DNA of 64,000 nucleotides from Oceanispirochaeta sp. (GTDB lineage Bacteria; Spirochaetota; Spirochaetia; DSM-2461): positions 896,001 through 960,000 of the forward strand of contig CAXXXD010000002.1 in assembly GCA_963663385.2 (NCBI GenBank). The letters are read 5' to 3'. The notes under the pieces were generated by a model. It made no database searches. It saw only the letters and a list, made by a program, of their open reading frames with translations, and had not been told where the DNA came from. The translations under genes were made by a program, and so were the position numbers. Of this stretch, positions 59,720 to 64,000 are shown piece by piece (the stretch's first letter is position 1; every line of letters starts with the position of its first letter).

Positions 59720-59891
59720 TTGCTGTATCTTACAGATTAAATAGAATCCCTGCATCAATCCGGGGACTGAATTCGTAAAAAAACTTGATCAGTTTTCCGA
59801 GGAAGGATTGAAAAGGCTGGAGATAGATGCCCGCTGAATAACAATATCAGGGCATTCTGGTAATAATCCCCTGTTCTTATATAATGAAAGA

Positions 59892-60929
59892 ATGAGTAAT
59901 TTCGAAAAATCCCTGCCCGATCCAAAAAAATATCCCATACTCCCTCCGGATATGGACTATATCTACTTTGAAAACCATAAAAGCTTTCCCTTTGAGCCGG
60001 AGAAGAAGGCGTTTTCCCTGAATAATGCCTGGTGGCTGGGGGAGTGCGCTTTTCTGGTGTACAACCACCCCGGTTTTGCCCGGATGGCTTTTAAACTGGC
60101 CGGCCTGGATCATTTCCGATTTTTCCAGGGGCCCGGCACGGAGTGTATGGTCTCTTGCAATGATGAGACCGTGATTGTCAGTTTCCGGGGAACCGAGATG
60201 AAAAGCTTCTCGGCCCTGCATGAAATCCGTACCGATCTGGATACGATTCCCGTTCCTTTCGATGGAGGAGGGAAAGTTCACAGGGGATTCCTGGCCGGGC
60301 TTGAAGAAATCTGGAGCGGCGAGGATGGCCTGAAGGCCTTTCTGGATTCCCTTCTGGCGGATAAACCGGAAAGGCCGTTATGGATTTGCGGCCACAGCCT
60401 GGGGGGAGCTCTGGCAACTTTGTGTCTGGCTCGTATTCCCCGGGCCGCGGGAGCCTATGTTTACGGATCTCCCCGTGTGGGAGACCAGGCCTTTATGGAC
60501 CTGCTGGAAGACCGGCCTTTTTTCAGAATAGAGCATGCCAGGGATCCCATCCCCATGGTTCCTCCCGATTTGCCCTCAATGAAGTTCTGTTTCAGGGACC
60601 CGGGACAGCTGGTTTTTATCGACAAACCGGGACGAATCCTCTCCGAAAGGACACAGCTCTCAACAGAGGATCATCTTATGATCATTGAAGGGGGGCTGGA
60701 GGAGCGCAAAAAACGCCGATTGCATCTTGCCGGTAAAGTAAAGGAGGCGCCCTTTACCCTGGAGGCAACAAAGGAGATCATGCTGGAAATGAACGATCAT
60801 CTGGAAAAGTCACTCAGTGAATGGAAACGCTATCTGAATACCCTTCACGATGATGTAGGGCTGAAGTTGGAAGATCATATGCCCATTTACTATTGTATAA
60901 AACTGTGGAACGCCCTGGTTAAACTATAA
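59892..60929 (+). CDS. Lipase class 3 family protein
   Basis: 'VSFRGTE', 'VHRGF', 'GHSLGG', 'YGSPRVGD', 'DPIPMVP'. Confidence 0.88.
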   Translation: MSNFEKSLPDPKKYPILPPDMDYIYFENHKSFPFEPEKKAFSLNNAWWLGECAFLVYNHPGFARMAFKLAGLDHFRFFQGPGTECMVSCNDETVIVSFRGTEMKSFSALHEIRTDLDTIPVPFDGGGKVHRGFLAGLEEIWSGEDGLKAFLDSLLADKPERPLWICGHSLGGALATLCLARIPRAAGAYVYGSPRVGDQAFMDLLEDRPFFRIEHARDPIPMVPPDLPSMKFCFRDPGQLVFIDKPGRILSERTQLSTEDHLMIIEGGLEERKKRRLHLAGKVKEAPFTLEATKEIMLEMNDHLEKSLSEWKRYLNTLHDDVGLKLEDHMPIYYCIKLWNALVKL

Positions 60930-61611
60930 ACCGGTAGCCCCGTCCCCGGACCGTCTGAATATGCCGGGGGAGTTCCGATTCTCCCAGCCGCTGCCGCAGT
61001 TTGGCTACGTGAACATCAACCGTCCGTGTGGTCGTTTCGCTTCCATAGCCCCATACTTCGTCCAGGATCCGGTCCCGGCTGAGAAGGTCTCCCGGGTGGG
61101 CGGACAGAAACTCCAGCAGGGCGTACTCCCTGGCATGGAGTTCGATAAAATCCCCGCCCTGTTTCAGAGTTCCCTTTTTCCTGTCCAGGATAAACTCTCC
61201 AAATGTCAGAATCCCGTCACAGTTGTTCTGCTGCTGATTCACACTGATGGCAGCTCTTCTCAGCAGAGCTTCTATCCGGGCCAGAAGCAGTCCCGTATCA
61301 AATGGTTTGGCCAGGTAGTCATCCGCCCCCTGACGCAGTCCCATAATGGTGTCCAGGTCCGTATTCCGGGCCGTAAGCATCAGGATGGGAGTGAATATAT
61401 TATCTTTTCTGAGGTTTCGGCAGACTGCAAACCCGTCCCGGCCGGGGAGCATGACATCCAGCAGGATCATGTCGTAGTTTCCCCTGCGTGCTTCCTCTTC
61501 CCCGGAGATCCCCTCTCCTTTGACCTCTGTTTCGTAACCTTCTGCATTCAGACGGTCTTCCAGTGTCATCTGAACGCCCGGTTCGTCCTCGATTATCAGT
61601 ATGCGGGCCAT
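60919..61611 (-). CDS. OmpR/PhoB-family response regulator
   Basis: 'IEDE', 'LDVMLP', 'KPF', 'VDVHVAKLRQRL', 'VRGRGY'. Confidence 0.95.
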   Translation of the reverse strand: MARILIIEDEPGVQMTLEDRLNAEGYETEVKGEGISGEEEARRGNYDMILLDVMLPGRDGFAVCRNLRKDNIFTPILMLTARNTDLDTIMGLRQGADDYLAKPFDTGLLLARIEALLRRAAISVNQQQNNCDGILTFGEFILDRKKGTLKQGGDFIELHAREYALLEFLSAHPGDLLSRDRILDEVWGYGSETTTRTVDVHVAKLRQRLGESELPRHIQTVRGRGYRFIV

Positions 61612-63410
61612 CAGTTTTCATCCCTGCCAAGCAGTTTTCCGGGTATTTTAAGGGTAAAACGGCATCCCTGCTGCTTTGTGCCGTCAATCTTTCTGTAGGG
61701 GCTTTCCACTTTCAGGTATCCTCCGGTCGCTGCTGCTTTTTTGGCGGTAATAAACAGACCCAGTCCGCTTCCCTTTTCCTGATTCTGCCGGCTGAACCGC
61801 CCCCTGTAAAAGGGTGAGAAAATCTTTTTCTGTTCTCCCGATGGAATCCCCCGGCCTTCATCCTCCACGGTCAGTATCAGAGCATCGGGAATCCCTGCCC
61901 GGAGAGATACTCTGATCGGACCCGGTTTCTCCTGGTAGGCATGGTTCAGGGCATTCATAATAAGGTTGTTCAGTCCCAGACGCAGAATTTCCGGATCCCC
62001 TGAAAACCGGTAGGATGAACCTTCTGTGTCCCATTTCAGGGAGATCCCCCGGGTTTCTGAATGGGCTTCTATTGAATTCCGAACGGTATTGAGTACAGAT
62101 TCCGGGTCCATTATTACCGGATCGGGGGAAGCCGCATTCCCTTCCATACTGGAAAACTGGAGTATTTCTTCAATCATCCGTCCCAGTCTCTGTACCTGAT
62201 CTTTTATCATGGAACCGTAAGGTTCAACCTTTTCGGGGGGAACTATCCCGTTTGCCAGATTATCCGCTGCGGATTGAATCACCGTCAATGGAGTACGCAG
62301 CTCATGGGTCATGGAGGCAACAAACTCCTTTTCCTTTTCCCGCAGTTTTTTCAGTCTGGCGTACTGGGCAACCAGAACCAGAAAAATCAGTCCCAGCCCC
62401 CACAGGATAAGTGTGCTCTGCAGCCAGTTTACCGCACTGCGCTTCTCGATATCCCTGTAAAAAGGGGCATCCTCAAAACCGATTATCAACAGGGACTCCC
62501 ATCCCCTGATGTCATCCCGGTCGAACCGGAAATTAAAATCTCTGCGGTAATCGGCCCAGTTCATCTCCGAAACGGATTCCGTATGTTCTGTATGAATAAT
62601 AAATGGTTTTCTGTTGAGCAGAGGGGTGCGCAGAACAAAAATATGATCCTGCTGACTGTTATGGGGGATGTTCAGAAGCGCCTGCAGAGGATTGAAGTTG
62701 AACAGATCCTTTTCATGACGGGGATTCTGCCAGCCCGGGTCATCCGATCTGTCTATCTGTTCCGGATCAGCCGGAACGTTTGTCCAATCCAGTTCGTATT
62801 GGCTCAGAAACTCCTCTACCGAAGGTTTTATATACAGCTCTTCAAACCGGAGCCAGTCGAATTCCATCAGAATGCTGTAACGTTCTGTTTCTTCCGGTTT
62901 GTACCGGATATAGATCGAGGGCCTGTCAGTACTGTCATAGGCTGTATTGAAAAACAGGAAATCACCCGGTTCCAGCTTCTCCTCTTCATCTGAAAGATGA
63001 AGAGGCGGTGTCCGGGGCAGGGCGGTCAGATGCCAGGATCCTCCCGGTTCGGCCGTCCACCACTCCTCCGGCGTCTCCCGGTCCAGATAACCTCCGGATC
63101 GGATTATCCCGGATCCATTGCCGAGGGTGCCGTAAATCTCAAGAATATCTGATATTTCATCCTTCAGAATCTCTGGAGTAGCATCGGACGTATTACGGAT
63201 GGCCTGCATCAGCAGGGACAGCCTTTGATACTCTCTTATATAGGAACGGAAAATCTGGGAGTCCAGCTGCATCCTCTCATCCTGTATCCTGTTAAATGTC
63301 TGATTTCTGTAAAACCTGTACAGCATGATATTTCCGACCAGCATCAGAAATATTATCGGCAGGAGGAGAAGAGGTATAGTTGCCCTGTTTCCCGTTTTCA
63401 GCATCTTCAT
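61611..63410 (-). CDS. Membrane sensor histidine kinase
   Basis: Two TMs; 'THELRTPL', 'NLIMNA', 'DEGRG', 'GSGLGL'. Confidence 0.93.
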   Translation of the reverse strand: MKMLKTGNRATIPLLLLPIIFLMLVGNIMLYRFYRNQTFNRIQDERMQLDSQIFRSYIREYQRLSLLMQAIRNTSDATPEILKDEISDILEIYGTLGNGSGIIRSGGYLDRETPEEWWTAEPGGSWHLTALPRTPPLHLSDEEEKLEPGDFLFFNTAYDSTDRPSIYIRYKPEETERYSILMEFDWLRFEELYIKPSVEEFLSQYELDWTNVPADPEQIDRSDDPGWQNPRHEKDLFNFNPLQALLNIPHNSQQDHIFVLRTPLLNRKPFIIHTEHTESVSEMNWADYRRDFNFRFDRDDIRGWESLLIIGFEDAPFYRDIEKRSAVNWLQSTLILWGLGLIFLVLVAQYARLKKLREKEKEFVASMTHELRTPLTVIQSAADNLANGIVPPEKVEPYGSMIKDQVQRLGRMIEEILQFSSMEGNAASPDPVIMDPESVLNTVRNSIEAHSETRGISLKWDTEGSSYRFSGDPEILRLGLNNLIMNALNHAYQEKPGPIRVSLRAGIPDALILTVEDEGRGIPSGEQKKIFSPFYRGRFSRQNQEKGSGLGLFITAKKAAATGGYLKVESPYRKIDGTKQQGCRFTLKIPGKLLGRDEN

Positions 63411-63552
63411 ACCAGTAAGTAAACCTTCTTTTTCTACTTTGTTCCAGAAAAAAAAGGTCCTGTCCGGCTGATTTTACATAATTTACATTCCTTTTACACA
63501 GGCTTCACCAAAGGGATTTCCTCCGGACTTATAGTAGTGCCGGAGGAGCGGA

Positions 63553-64000
63553 ATGAACGAAGAAAAGAAAATTATACAACTGGACGAAGTGGGACCGAAA
63601 ACGTCAAAAGCCCGAAAGGGGAAAGTTCTGTCCGGCCTGATATTCATCCTTGCCCTGACGGCAGGGATATTTTTCTGGTTTTCCTACTCCGGTCGGAAAG
63701 ACGAAGTCTCCCTAAAAAACTATACCGTATCCAGAGTCTCGAAGGAACAGTTTGTATCAGCAACAGAAGCCAGTGGAACGGTTGTTCTTCCCATACAGGT
63801 CGAGATAGTCAGTCCCGATGAAGGGTACACCCTCAGCCTTAACGTGGAAGAGGGCGATACGGTAGGAACCGGGGATGTTCTGGCGGAGCTGGATGTTCCC
63901 GATCTGGATGATAAGTTAAATGAATTGACTGTGGACCTGAAACAGGCGGAAATAGAACTGGAGAATCTCGAGAATACCTACTACTACACTATCCGGCAGC
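63553..64000 (+). CDS. Efflux periplasmic adaptor (HlyD/MacA-like), N-terminal part (runs off the window)
   Basis: Hand translation MNEEKKIIQL...LIFILALTAGIFFWF...EASGTVV...VEEGDTVGTGDVLAEL...; GGAGG RBS. Confidence 0.8.
   Translation, partial: MNEEKKIIQLDEVGPKTSKARKGKVLSGLIFILALTAGIFFWFSYSGRKDEVSLKNYTVSRVSKEQFVSATEASGTVVLPIQVEIVSPDEGYTLSLNVEEGDTVGTGDVLAELDVPDLDDKLNELTVDLKQAEIELENLENTYYYTIRQ

Noticed and set aside
1..64000. CRISPR arrays, tRNA or rRNA genes
   Set aside because: No regularly spaced repeats or RNA-gene signatures were seen in any intergenic region.

Overview
Bacterial chromosomal window, most likely from a free-living spirochaete. The inference rests on many 'AGG/ASG-QE' type solute-binding protein N-termini and an MCP ending in the pentapeptide DFIEY. 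No rRNA, tRNA, CRISPR array, transposase or integrase was recognised. Left to right it holds: a tripartite TolC/RND/MFP efflux operon with a divergent OmpR-type two-component system; an Fe-alcohol dehydrogenase; and a peptidoglycan-recycling cluster (murQ, serine hydrolase, anmK, sugar ABC permeases, nagZ, murR, Ala-Glu epimerase). That cluster is interrupted by an AT-rich insert of two paralogous lipoproteins and a RelE/HigA-like TA module flanked by a duplicated promoter and gene start. Next come a chemoreceptor locus, kdgK/eda/IclR, and a long accessory tract (about 36-58 kb) of catabolic and transport modules ending at recQ, followed by a lipase and another two-component system with an efflux adaptor. 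The most unusual element is a soluble histidine kinase whose N-terminus is a whole sugar-ABC ATPase domain (NBD-PAS-HisKA-HATPase). It is paired with a sigma54 enhancer-binding response regulator that faces a sigma54 promoter driving a sugar ABC transporter plus a YhfX-like PLP enzyme, which suggests transporter-coupled sensing. All calls come from motif reading by eye, and no database searches were run.
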